This document shows, piece by piece, positions 47,401 to 60,370 of a stretch of DNA of 64,000 nucleotides. The notes beneath the pieces were generated by a model. The model had not been told where the DNA came from, did no database searches, and saw only the letters and a list, made by a program, of their open reading frames with translations. Source of the stretch: Lepidodermella squamata. Its lineage: Eukaryota > Animalia > Gastrotricha. The stretch's first letter is position 1; every line of letters starts with the position of its first letter. Location of the stretch: positions 496,001 to 560,000 of the forward strand of contig JBLDXI010000055.1 of NCBI GenBank assembly GCA_047495785.1, written 5' to 3'. The position numbers were made by a program, and so were the translations under genes.

Positions 47401-50400
47401 CCCGTCTCTGTTCGTTGCTGAAACAGTTGGCTCAAGTTGTGGTTTTAGAACCGTCTCGCGTAATTTCCGGCAGTTTACTCGCAATTCTACGCCTGATCGC
47501 TCACCTTGTTAGAAAAGACGAGAAGAACTGGGTCGATGAACGGGTTGCGATTGGAGTTTTGTGGGCTCAGGATATTCATTCCTCCTTAATGCAAATTTTA
47601 CGTGGCGCTTCCGACGTTCGGTTAACGTGCATCCAGCGCAATTGCTACCCACCGGCTGCTCAGCATCAAATGCTGTTTTCACTCGTCGATGTTTGCCTGA
47701 AAATTTTCTCGGCGATGATCGCGACCATGGCGCCGAATGGAATGACGTTAATTGATAGCAAGCAACTAGTCATATCTATACTTGAGGTTCATTCCGCGTT
47801 TTGCGCGATTCCGCCGAGTTCAACCGCGTTTTCTTTGAACGACTCAATTGAGATCCACCTTAATTTACTAGCTTTTCTTCACGAAATACTGCTGTTACCT
47901 GCCAAAATCACCACAGCTGCCCGCCCGCCTGTTCAAATCAGGCTGTTGTCTGAAATAGTCGAGCAGTGTTTGAGGCTGCCGAGTCTGCATCTGAGTGGTT
48001 TGATCATTTTAGCGGATCTGCAATCGCCTAGCTCGGCAACCGGGCAAGAAAATGCGGAAACGTTGAGCCACCTTAATAATTCGAAGTTAGGCGCTATTCG
48101 CCAGACGTTTGTCGCGTCGTTTTTCCTGGCGAATAAAGGTCAGCATTTATGTGATCTATCTCGCCTAGTCACCGCGGTGTATTTAACCGACTCGCCACCG
48201 CTTCAAGCAGCTTTATTTCGCTTTTTGAGGGCTTTTTCCTCCGTCTCGAAATTAGCGGCGTCGAATGTTTTACGCGTCGCTGTTTCGTTAGCTGTTGACA
48301 ATTTAGCGAAAGTAGCCGCTTCGTTGCGCACCATTGACCCGGTGGCGTTGTCACGCGGGTTGGGTACGTTGAATACCGACTCGCCTGATTCTTCGAAATC
48401 GATATCAGCCGAATTCGGTGATTTTGTCTCGTCGCCGTTTTACGCTGCCTGTAAGGCACTGGCGTTAGTGACGCATTTAATCGCAACGTCATCGACAACC
48501 CACGCCACCTTAATTGCTGAAATCACGCATGCCGGGTCAGATAAGGCTGGGTTGCCTTTCAAGCAGATTGTGCCCGATTTGGCTACGGTAATTGCTGGGT
48601 GTTGTCGCCGGCTGAGTCGGTTATCCCCGCTATGCGCGGTTGAATTTATGATGCATGCCTTTGATTTCTACACGCAACTGATCACCCCTGATTTACCGAA
48701 CAAGGGCGGCCTGACTCGGTATTTGCCTAGCTCGATTTTGGTGGTGATTGCCGAAACTTCGCTGCGATGCCTGGTCGGGACGAAATGTTCGCTATCATCC
48801 GCCACCGGGAATTTGAATAACGATTTGGTGAATGACGGCAACTTATCGCCTGATTTTCTATCCGGGCAGGGTGGCAATTCAGTCCCGTCTGGGGTGCAGC
48901 AAGCGGCCTGGCGGTTGGTGGCGATGTTGGCTGAGGAGCGAGATGGATCGGCGATTTGGGCGGTAGCCGACGCCCATCCCGCCTGTTTGAATCACGCGGT
49001 TATGGAGGCCTGTGAACCAATCGCATCGGGCGTTTCTACGCTGGACGAAGACGCTATAGTCACCCTATCCGAAATGGCTCTCGCCTTAACTACGCTGGCT
49101 AATCGACCAGGATGCGGGCAAAAAGTTGCGAATTTGCTGAGTCAGGGCGGCAGTGGCGCTGGCGAGCCGTCTAATCAAATTGAGCAGTTGATCCAGCAGG
49201 TGACGATGCTGGACTTTTTCACCGGTGATGAGTCTGGCGATGCGCAGATGAAGAACGCGGATGCGGCTGGGCTCAGCGAGCGGTTGCAGCACCTATTGGA
49301 TGCGATGAGGCGCCCGGCGAGTTCGGAGGGCGGCGCTCTCGATTCGGTGCCATCGACGAACGAGGTTGAAATGCCGCAGTTTCTCGATGAAGTTTTCGCC
49401 GAAGCCCCGGTTGACCCGTTTGCTGATCAATCTATCGATGACTCACCCTACGATACTGTGAGTTTGCGTCATGATTTTCTAAATTTTTATTTCAATTCTT
49501 AGGCAGAATTTGAAATTTTTGGATTTTGTCCCAAATCGGATGAATATTAATTTATTGCGTTTGAAACCTCATAATTAAGTAATTGATTTGATAGCACATT
49601 TTGACTTCGATCGCCTTTCGTGTATTTCATTTGGTCATGTTAATTATGGGACATTTTCTTTGAGAATAATGCATATTTATGCGATTTTTCAAATTTATAT
49701 AAGAATATCATAGAATTTTTTTACATTTCTTGCATTTTTTTAATTAAAATTTTTGCTTTCAGGCCAGGTTTTGGTGGTTAGTTGCCGAGTCTGTGCATGA
49801 CGCGAGTTGCACCGTCGAAAGTTGCCAACGAGTGCGAATCGACCTGGAAGCCGCCCTTCGGCGCTTCTGCGATGTCGACCTGACCAACGAGATCGGCCAG
49901 AAAACAGCCACCTTAATCGATACCGTTACCGCACCTGGCCGGTTCGGCGGGACTGACGCTAAGAAAGGCCGGACGATTAATACCAGTCGGCAGGTTAAGA
50001 AGTACGTGGCGCCAATGCGAGGTCGAGGCTGGCTGGGTCCGCCGTCCGGGTCGGGTCACAGGGCGCCGCCGCCGTCGCTCGCCTCTCTCGGGCTGGACAT
50101 GCGGGGCCGAGCGCCAAACACATCGCGACCGCCTTCGATGCACGTCGACGATTTCCAACGAATCGAACGCTCAGCCCCGCCTGGCCAGTCCTCTTTAATG
50201 GGTGGTTATCGAGGCACCGGCTACCGGGCTAGAGGGTTCCGCGGCACCTACCGAGGTCTACCCGGTAGATCCGGGCTGTTACCGACACCCGGGTTCGACC
50301 GGGAGAATGTTTCGAAATCAGCTATTGACGAATTGCTAGCTCTTGCGAATGATCCAGTTGTCATGGCGGCATCGGCGGTTTCGTCCGGTAACAACGACCT

Positions 50401-50719
50401 AGCAGCTTCCATGGCCGCCTTGCCGTTTTTCAACGCGATGACGCAAGCAGCGCAGCAGCAGCAATCGCAGCAGTCGAATGCGGGCGACACGCTGCCGCCG
50501 TTCCCGCTTCCGATTCCGCTGCAAATGTTGCCGCTGCTGCAGCCGGAGGAGCTGCAGAAATTGGCGGCGTCGATGTTTGAGTCGAGTGGCGGCGGGTCTG
50601 GGAATGGCGATGACAGCAGACGCTCGCCCACCCGGCGGAGTCGACGCGATCGAAGCGAATCGAGCGATAGCGACCACGACAGGGATAGTCGACATCGAAG
50701 TGGCAGTCGGCGAAATTGA
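44491..50719 (+). CDS. VIRMA: Protein virilizer homolog (m6A writer complex subunit); exons ~44491-44656, 44712-44887, 45053-46678, 46730-49457, 49763-50719
   Basis: N-terminus VLFFDTFYH..TDVVKFQQPVKITELRVVP matches VIR_N; C-terminal RAPNTSRPPSMHVDDF is the conserved virilizer motif; long helical middle. Confidence 0.88.
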
Positions 50720-51906
50720 ACGCAGGGGCACTTGATAGCCTGGTGAACTAAAGGCGACAGAGCTCAATAAAATATTATTGTCTTTTATTTGCGTTTTTTT
50801 TCAAAAAGGAAAATCAAGTACTGCCAGTGCATTCGGCTTACTGCTGACGTAATTACCGCGGGTTGATCGTAGGTCTCTCATGGACTAATCGAAAAATTAA
50901 TGACTGAGGAAATTGAGGACATCATAAAAAATAGGTCGCACTTGAGGGGACATTTACTTATTAATCTCAACCAAGTTCGATAGCAGAAAGTAACTTTGTA
51001 ACATTGGTACTTGCATTGATCATAAAATCCTTGAAAAATCCACGTCAACCATTTCAGCGTAGAGTTCGAGTGGGACGTGAAAACAAATGCTCGCTTTCTC
51101 TTTCGTTCTCATATTTTTTTACCACACGAGCCCGCGTATTTTGACTCAAGATACACAAAGTAATTATTTTATTGATGCGCATTTATTTTATATTTTTTTC
51201 TCCTCATAGCGATTAGCGATTAGCGCATGCATTAATTTTCCGGAAGAGTTGTTCCGCGTTCCGCGGCGCGGTAGTTAGCGGCAACCGGGTGTAATAAATC
51301 CGCGTTGCGCCCGACCAGACGCCTCTCTGTTGATAGCGGCGTGTGCGTGTGGGATATTGCGTAATCCGCAATCGTCGCTACGCTCCAGAGATGCCGCCAT
51401 AACTTGTTTTGACGGTTTATATCCCGGCTAATTGATGTGGCCGGTTATGTCATTGCGCTTTGATAGATGCCGCCGAAATCGACGCTAACTTCTTGACAAA
51501 CCTAATGAGACCGACGTAAAGACAGTGGGGAAACTGAAGAAACACCGAAGCGTAAAAACGGGTTCACTCCGTTCTGTATGATGAGAGGGCCGAAGAAAAT
51601 GAAGAAAAATTGAGGGCAGCCAGCGCTTTCGTTTTCTGCCACTCTGCTGACGAGTGACGGTGCGGCAGAGATCATCTGTTGAACACCTTCACGAAGTTTT
51701 ATTAGGACCTAAACGCTTAGCATAATAAATAGGTAATAGGTAATAACACGCAAAAATCACGCAAAATAAAGTAGTAGATGCCTATCTATTAGTTATTAGT
51801 ATGTAGATAATAATTGCGTAACTTTTACAACCCATCCTCTAAATGACAAAAAAATTGTTTGATTGTGATTATGATTTTGATTGCTCCGGTGGCATCACGA
51901 TCCGAT

Positions 51907-54681
51907 TCAATCTCTGTTAATTCTCGTACGAGAGCCCATAATTAGTGACCTGAGGCTCGACGAATCATCGCCGTCATCTTCGTGTTCATCGGCCCAATAT
52001 ACCCAAAATGAGTCGAGATCCTGCTTCAGGCGTTTGTCCTGTGGAAAGATAAAATAAAGCCATCCCATTCAGGGTTATAAAAAATGGTTTACTTCGACGA
52101 TGCCAAGTTTGCCCCTGTATGCGAATTTTACCTCGTTAGGAAATCTTTCCAACCTTTCCTTGACAGGGCTTGAAACCAAGACTCGATCAGCTGTAAGTAA
52201 AAAATGGCAAATGATGCCCTATGATTGAAATTCGAACCAACGTAAGCTGGAGGCATGAACGATCGAGGTAGTAGGTAAGACACTGCCGACGAGCATCATA
52301 CGCGGCACTTGTAGATGGACGATCTTGGCGAAACAATGCCCAACATGGATACCAATGCGTAGGCGAAACACATCATCACCATCTTGCTCATCGCTGCGCT
52401 CGCTGATGACATCGCGAAGTTCGAGTGCGATCGACACCATTTCGTAGACATGGTCCTATACTTGGATGGTAATAAAATCTTATTTTTCAACCTTGAATAC
52501 TCACGATAGCATGATGTTCGCCCACGCCGGCAACCAGCAAAATTCCGTCACCAGACGCTTCGAACTTGAAGCAGTTGTATTTTATGAGGTAGGACTCGAT
52601 AGTTTCGAAAAATTCATGCAGTTGCTCAACGAATTCATCACCGTCTTTGCCTTGGAGCAGGCCGTAGACATTAAAAATGTCCAGAAATACAACGCAGGTA
52701 TCAGAGTGGCGCTTAACAGGGTAAGGATCCAATCGTTTCGCCAAGCTTATCATCGAACGCGGCAGGTAATCGAACAAGTTATTCAAGCTCTGAATCACGA
52801 ATAAGCTCTATAACATAGTTAAGCTTCTAACTTGTCACACCTGTTTCAATTTTAGGAGATTTTTGTGGTAAGTAACGATTTGGGCTTGCAAGCGAGAAGT
52901 TCCAATCATATGAGCGACAACAGCCACTACCGTCATCACTCCCGATATTACCATTATTATCAGCGCTGTTCGCATATAAATAATAATCCTTAAATAAGCA
53001 AGTTTTCAAATTGAAATTACAAAATTCGTCGGTACTATCCCAAGTTCCAGCATTTTGCCCAAGCAGTATATTGACTCTAATTCGAACTTGTTGCACAGCC
53101 CATTCAATATTGGCGCTGTGCCGACTTGCATAATCGGCGAAGGTATCGCCATCAACCAGCTCGAACCGACCCGTCAGTACCTGAATTCTTACCAAAATCG
53201 GAAAAGCTGCGAGGCGGTGTGGTTAACTTACGTTGATGTGCATGCGCTCGACGTCTCTGTAAGAATCCAAGTCGGTCATATTGTCCATTTTTAGACTGAC
53301 GAAGGCAGCCGTAGTCGATGTCACATCGATTTGCTCAATATAAGAGTTGTAATACATCAAAAGGGACCGAAATAGTGGGCTATCATCGACCGTGACAGAT
53401 CGGTCTAAGAGTTCAGAAATTTTCAAGTTTCACTTAAAGAAAAAATTTATCTCACTCTCAAACCCAAGTCTTTTTCCAACCAATGCGTACTTCCGAAAAT
53501 TCATCCACTAGTAAAAGAAATAAATGATAGCTCACGAAGAAATAACTCTTGAATTTAGAGCTTATAACCATTTGAAAAATTGCCGTCAAAGACAGAAAGT
53601 CTTGCCATCCGGTATATCGGTAAGATCGGACGACGATTGCTCGAGCCGCAGTGGAGATGAAGTCGATAGAGTCGGAGAAAAACGTCATCACGTCATTTTC
53701 TATTCACCCCAGTGTTGAGATTCTAAAATCATAGGGAATATCTTACCATCGGTTCCATTTATTAACGCTCTACGTTGGTCGCGTTGAGCTTTCACGGCTG
53801 CTCTTAAAACTAGAGCCGTTGTAATGTTTACTCGCTTTTCCGACGGAATTTCCGACAGATCTTCAGCCGTCGGCCATTTCCTGTTATCCAACAGTTTCTA
53901 ACAAATTTGTGGATATACATTGGAATATCCTTATTGAGCTGATAACTCAACCGTGTCGAGGTTCTTTTGAGCCTGAGAAGCTCTCTGTGCGGAGGAACCG
54001 GGTTAGAAAATTTAATTGCGATTATAATTTCTAAATCCATGCCTGAATGTAGATGTCATACGGCCCAGAGTTGAAGCTGCGAAATCGTAATAAGGAAAAT
54101 GTTTGCATGACATATAATATTATCCTTACTCATATGAGGGTTCCATCTCGGATGCCAACAGCTATAATATATTCCATATTCCCAAAACAATAACGTAAAA
54201 GAAAAGTTGGGAGGATATGAGCTTACTTGAATGACGTCGTACATTTCATTTACCAATTGCAAAGTTTCCTGTTAACGTGAAGATTTGAACAAATTTCGAT
54301 TAATGTAACCCGTTAATTTTGACTATTGTGCGTCAATTTTGGCGGGAGAAAAAAACAGTCTTACGTAAAGCTGCTCCGTTTTATCATCACGTTGATTAGC
54401 CATTTCCACGTCTGTTATGACCTGCACCGCTATTCCCGCCACAAATATGGAAACAAAGAACATTATCTGCAAGAAATTTTGTTGAAAACTTAACGGACAA
54501 TGCGGTTGACTCTACTACGAACCCATGCGTATTGCAGGGCTCTTTCTGATTTGAATTGCGGATGTGGATTGAAGAAGCTCGTCAGACTGGAGCTCAATTG
54601 CGTAAACAAATTTTCAGGTAAGTGCTGATAGGATCCATAATCATCATCGGCGTTGTGCATTGAATGTGAACTCGAATTCAT
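51907..54681 (-). CDS. Divergent membrane guanylate cyclase-like protein (TM - NIT-like helical sensor - TM - coiled coil - cyclase), catalytically incomplete; about 11 exons
   Basis: TM1 IMFFVSIFVAGIAVQV (~54420-54467), TM2 LTALIIMVISGVMTVVAVVAHMIG (~52905-52985), LFDYLPRSM, CVVFLDIF, CFKFEASGDGILLVAG, LRIGIHVG..VPRMMLVG, DRVLVSS, FAYRGKLGIV, DSFWV; stop 51907-51909; start ATG 54681 tentative. Confidence 0.65.
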
Positions 54682-54809
54682 CGGCTCAATGTGCTTCAAA
54701 ATAGTAGGTAAACGTCAGGGCAAATGTCTTTTACCTGCAATACTCTGGGTACTCTGGGCCATACCTGAACATGACCGATCTATTACGGCATCAAATTTTA
54801 ATTAAGAAT

Positions 54810-55040
54810 TAAGATGTTTTTTGTACAATTTTATAAGACGTCATTTATTTCTTTAATTTCCAATGAAAACTGTTCAGCTTAAGCCATGAAAATTACAGTT
54901 GGCATAATCGATGATAAACGTTTATGGCCCAGGTGCCTTTATTAATTACAATGAGGCAATTAGAAAAGCTTCCCATAAGAAGCAATTATGAAAGAAAAGC
55001 CTAATAGTTCATTTAATTCGCGTCAGATCAACAGAGCTTT
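54810..55040 (+). repeat. Diverged non-coding direct repeat, copy 1 (copy 2 at ~56895-57120)
   Basis: Shared blocks in the same order: aagacgtcattta, ttaagcca..aaaatt, aatcgatgat.aacgttta, cccaggt.cctt, ataagaagcaatt, gagagctt/cagagctt. Confidence 0.6.
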
Positions 55041-55573
55041 AGCAGTAGGATATGAAGAGGATGACGGTGATGAAGATAAGACCCGCTTAATTGATGCTCA
55101 TGTGATCTAGCTACAGCGTGCAATAAAGAAAGTCTTAGGTATGAATATTGGAATCTCTCAAGCTAGTTTATCGTTGACATTTTTTGAAGCGTGGCCTATG
55201 ACCCACACTTATTTATCTCGGTTACATGCTGGCTACATACCCTGCATCCACTATCTCAACCAGCAACATGAGGAAACTCTACGTTCTGACGACGGCTGAG
55301 CATTTAACTAAAGCTAGCTTAAAGTCACTTACTGCCGCGTGACTTGTAATTCGAAAGGATCCAAGATCAACAAGTTCACGTACCTTATAGGAGAAAGAAT
55401 AAAGCATAATATAACACCAAAAATGGCAACCTTTTCTGGTGAAAAAATGCCACTAATACTTCTTCGATCTAATCTCTTCGCGCATCATTTGCTACCTAAA
55501 AGCTCGGTCTGAAGAAATGCGCCCGCTGGATAACGCTGGATAAGGACCTGATGAGGAAGAAAAAAACAACTGC

Positions 55574-56407
55574 ATGAGTGTAGGCGCAATATGGATGGTA
55601 GATGGTATTGACAGGATTATAAAATTGTGTTTAAGCTTGAGTGCTTATGCGTCATTGCCGCGATCCATCCAATATGGGGTTTACAGGTATAAAAGTCGGC
55701 AGTCAAGTTAGCAGAAGCGTTACATATCATTCAGATTTAATCAACATTTTTCTTTGTTATTACACAGCCTACACTTTCTGCAAATGCTGCCTCGCCGCGA
55801 CATGGTAAAGTTCACGCTCGGTAAAATCGATCCTGAGATCGCGAAAGCAAATGAAGTCATCCTACAACCGGATCCAAAATCTACAACGATGCCTATCAAA
55901 TCCTCAATGTTGGTGAAGGAGAAACCGCTGCCACAAAGGTTGCCGCAGCCGTTGGCAGCTTCCCTGGGAAAGGAAAGCTGCCAGGCTGATTTTTTGGCTC
56001 ACAGGTCGGCTTTCAACATATCAGCACCGCCAGGCAGTAAGAGTCATTGACTATTGCGGTTACCGGATGACGCTTCCCAGCCACTTGAGGTCGATAAAGG
56101 ACGATCGATCAAAGAAGCGTCATCCGGAATTAACAGCAGCACTGTCGACGGCGATCTTGGACTTCTCATTGAGACAAAACCTTCACGGAAGCTCCCTTTC
56201 GATTCATTCGAACCTAAATCGCTAAACAGACTGCTGTCCAAGTGCGAACAACTCTTGGCAAAAATGTTGAGGAAACCGTCGAACGCTGCTACACGACCAA
56301 ACGAAAACAGCGAGATTGCAGGAACTACGGAGGCTAGCAATGAACCACAGAGGTGCGAGGCAGGGAGAAGCAAATGTTCTTACGCTGGGATTCCCCAAGA
56401 TATCTGA
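55574..56407 (+). pseudogene. Low-complexity orphan ORF interrupted by one in-frame TGA (56048-56050): pseudogene or readthrough candidate
   Basis: ORFs 55754-56050 and 56054-56407 are in the same frame; possible first exon 55574-55686 splices in frame to acceptor 55768. No recognisable domain. Confidence 0.3.
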
Positions 56408-56894
56408 AATTCGAGCGCCTCATTCATGAAGCTACTATGAAGGGTTATGTTGACATATTTCATTGACTTCTAACGTGGCTACCTAACGAAATATAGAGCT
56501 TTGTTGGCCAATTATGATTTGATATTGTCGAAACATTTGATATTATTTTCATGATTTGATTGCTTTAAGACTAATTTATACATTTTTCTCTATGGTCAGA
56601 TATACAGCATTCCGTATTTATTTCAGTCTAGATCTATCTATGCATCTACGCTGCATACGCAACACGTTCCTACTGCCCTTTCCGTGTCATGTTAGCGTTA
56701 GCAACTTATCAGCCAGGTGTTGGTGTTCGACTTCGGCGAAAATAAAAAGAATTATGTACATCAACAATGAGTGTCTTGATCATTATTTATTTCCATTATT
56801 ATTTATTATTTTATTATTATTTTGCGATTACACCTTACTTAGGAATGGCTATGATCTTTTGTGGCTGAGGGCTGAGCCTCTTTTAATAATATTT

Positions 56895-57120
56895 TAATAA
56901 TCTTCTAAATTAGGAAGACGTCATTTACATTGTCTTTTTGCCTGACGTTAAACTGGCGCTGCATTTAAGCCACTAAAATTGTACAATCGATGATTAACGT
57001 TTATTTATTACCCAGGTACCTTCTTCAACCAGTGTACGTGCAGATTAAATTGAGCCTCGATAAGAAGCAATTTTAAATCCTAATCCTTTGACATCGCGAA
57101 GCACAGTTACGAGAGCTTAA
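56895..57120 (+). repeat. Diverged non-coding direct repeat, copy 2
   Basis: See copy 1 at 54810-55040. Confidence 0.6.
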
Positions 57121-57710
57121 AAGGCCATAGCTGGCCTTAAAAAGAGTCAGACCGACCGATTTTGCGGCAAAACTATTGCTGGGGAGTATTACCACGGCGG
57201 GGCAGTGCTAATTCATCATTCAGAAGCTGGTCAGGTTATGCTCAAATATGCAGCTAAAATCGTTCGAATTTCGAATACATTGCAGCAACAACTATTGAAC
57301 TATTGAAAAATTAGCAGTTTTCTATTGTGAGGTGACAGATCGTTGTACATCATGGGCTGAATATTAGTTATGCTTCCGGCGGCAATCGCGGCTCATTTCT
57401 CCTGTGCAGATTCTCTTCGATATAAGACTGCTGCTTTTTCTTCAGATGGTATAGCAGACGTTGACATTTGGATCCAGTCCAGCTATAACGTGCTATTATG
57501 TATAAGCTTCTATTATCACCACTACGTTAAGTAGCTTTGTGCACGATGCTGACGTCAACCTTTCTCGGGTTATACGTATAACAGCTTCTCGCTGCTGGGC
57601 TTTATTGCACTTGGAAGAGAAAAACATAAAGCTTTACTTTATTTTTCATACAATACTTCGCACCCTTCGACAGTTGTCAGGCCTGATTGTTTTCTGGAAG
57701 GAGCAATAAC

Positions 57711-59610
57711 ATGCCTCCGATAATGGTGCAGTGCGGCGCATTTCGCCGCGAAATTTTGCCGGGTAAAAAAGCCGATCCGCCGCCCGCGCCACCAAGGCGG
57801 TTGTCAAATTCCTCATTAGGCTCAGCTTCTGGAGCTCCATACTTCAATTTCGATCCGCGATTCGGTAATAAAGAAATTAGGTCACTGGAACGGGCTTATG
57901 AAACTACTCGCTCTCGCGTCGATTATTTGTGGGACTCATACAACGAATCTTCAACAGTTGCATCTCACTCTTTCATCAATCAAGAATCTCTCTATGTCTT
58001 GTGGCAAATTAATGTCTGCACTAAGGACCTGCCAGACGAATGGCTGGACGTCGTTGTCCGTGGATTGATAGTCAGCGAATTCCCAAGTTAGTTTCCTGAT
58101 CCTTTCGTGCACAGAAAGATGAATGATTTTCCTGATATTAGGACTGGCGGTTGAAACCTATTTGAAGCATTTACTTTCCGAGGGAGTAACGTCCTCGGAT
58201 GAAACATATAGATGGACAGAAAACCTCTTTGGTATACTGATTAATTTTTCCGAGATATCGGAGCCTTTCAGAAATGTGAGTAATCATTTCATTTGGTATC
58301 ATATTTGGAATTGCGAAAATTTTCAGACGGTTGCCGAAGTTGGAGCCATCGAAAAGCTGATTGATTATCTATCCAATAGCGAGAAGGTCATGGAGGAGGC
58401 GAAACAAGACCGCAAAATGGAAAATCTCCTGGATTTCATGCTTCAGTTGTTATATAATTTATCACGAGGCTTCAGAATGAAATCTCGATTCGTCTCATGT
58501 GGAGCTTCGAAGATTCTCGAGCCTTATTTCCACTATATGGAATCGACTTACGTTCGAGTTGTATCAGTCATGTGCGGAGCGAGGATCGACGCCGGCTGGC
58601 CAGAGGCGACCCAGCTTTGGTCCGAAGATGACACCGAACACACCGGGGTTGTTTATCAACTGCTTACTTACCTCCAATCAGCTTATCAGAACGAGAACAG
58701 GCGCTTCCGCGGCATCGCTGTAGAGGAGTTGGCCGAATGTCTGCGCTTACTCTCAGTTACAGATAAGGACAAAGAGCTATTGGTTAAGCTGGGCATCCTT
58801 CGATGTGCTGGTGGCCTTTTGAATAGCACTGTCGAAGCTGAACAATCACAAGGAATCGATCTATTGTTTGCCGTGTGTTCGGGCCGAACGAACAGCGCTG
58901 TCACTTGCTCGGCGGTTATCGACAATGAAGAAGACTGTTTACAGCCGCTGCAATATATCGCTGATCATGATGATACCTCGGCTGAGTTGAAAGATTACGC
59001 GGCAAGGTTCTTGGAGTATGCTCTAGCCCAAGCTGCAAAGGCCGGCAGTAAGGCTACAGCAGCGACTAAAGCAAATATACTCGCTAATAATGTAGTTCCT
59101 GTTAAACAAAAACCAATGGTATTCCTGAGCTACCAGAAGAAAGACCATTCCAAGGTGAAAAGAATCGAGCGCCTGCTAATTGGCAATGACTTCAAAGTTG
59201 TGAATGCGGAAAAAATGTCAACCGAAGAGGTTAATTCGTTGAGTCGTTTTAGCTGCCAAGTTTTTATCAGTGTTTATAACAGGCCATGCAAAAAGCTAGC
59301 ATTGTAGCTATTTGCCACTCGTCTCATTACTTTCAGTCACCATCATGCCGACGAGATGCAGAATTAGCTGTCTCTTTCCAAAAGAAGTTGGTCTCAGTGA
59401 AAATCGAGAAAGAGTAAGTTCATATAGGATTTTTTTCAGCTTTAGAAACTAATTTTTCAATTGGCTTCACTTGAAAGCTTCGAGCCGGAAGGTTGGTTGG
59501 CGCAAATTCTCGAGTTCAGCCTTGTTCATGTCGAGGGAGACGACTCGTTGTCTCAGATCGGCTCTGGCAACAAGCTGCTGCAGCAATTAGCAATTTTACT
59601 ATGCGACTGA
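57711..59610 (+). CDS. ARM-repeat + C-terminal TIR (TIR_2-type) domain protein; exons 57711-58086, 58142-58275, 58327-59229, 59283-59413, 59478-59610
   Basis: ARM-like VAEVGAIEKLIDYL, LQLLYNLS, LRLLSVTDKDKELLVKLG; TIR: MVFLSYQKKD..VKRIERLL..DFKV; AICHSSHYFQSPSCRRDAELA..KKLVSVKIEKDFEPEGWLAQIL. Confidence 0.75.
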
Positions 59611-60370
59611 GCTATTCGTCATCTTCGATTTCCATTTTTTACTGTACTTGGGTTACAATTATTTTGGCGTGCTATATATGGGAATACTTGGCTACCTGTT
59701 ACCGAAAAAAAACAAAATAAAATTCATGATAATTTATGTGTTCGATGTCAAGTTTTCTGTGCTAAACGGCCATAGCTGAAACTCACCTGAAACTCAGACA
59801 GCTCAGTACTATTTTTTTAATTATTTAGAGAGGAGGAATCACGTGATGCGAAGTGCATTATGAGTTATGATCCAGTATATAGAGCCGCTCCTGTTGGCTT
59901 TACCCTTGGAGCTGTTTTTGCCAAATGCCATGACACAGTTTCATGCTGGAATTCGTCACAATAATAATTAAGAAGAGAACAAAAAAACGAGCCGGCTATT
60001 GGCACTTATTATTTCGCGACCTCCGAGTGCGCACGTCAATAAGCGGCGACAATTTAGTGATGAAACAAGTAGCCCACTGGGGTTATAATGAATTAATACC
60101 AGCTCAGCTAGTGCACGCATTAAAATCATAGCGCGTAAAACGCTGCCGAGAAGTACACAGGCACGCTTACATTCCTGCCAATGACGCCATTATTCGAACT
60201 CTTCTGACGTTGGTAGGAATCTTTTAATCCTGAATTACCAAGCGCCTAGCCTTCAAAAGCCTCTTTCGTTACAAGGTCACATCACTTTTCAAACGGCGTT
60301 ATATTGTCATATTGACCTAGTTCCTTCATTGTTATTAGTCGAATTAGTAACATAGTTTTTTATAACAACA

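Noticed and set aside
51240-51420. GC-rich intergenic patch as possible structured ncRNA/tRNA
   Set aside because: No cloverleaf, A/B boxes or recognisable Rfam motif by eye; needs Infernal.
56556-56897. 113-aa hydrophobic ORF
   Set aside because: TTG start, AT-rich; hydrophobicity is explained by T-rich non-coding sequence.
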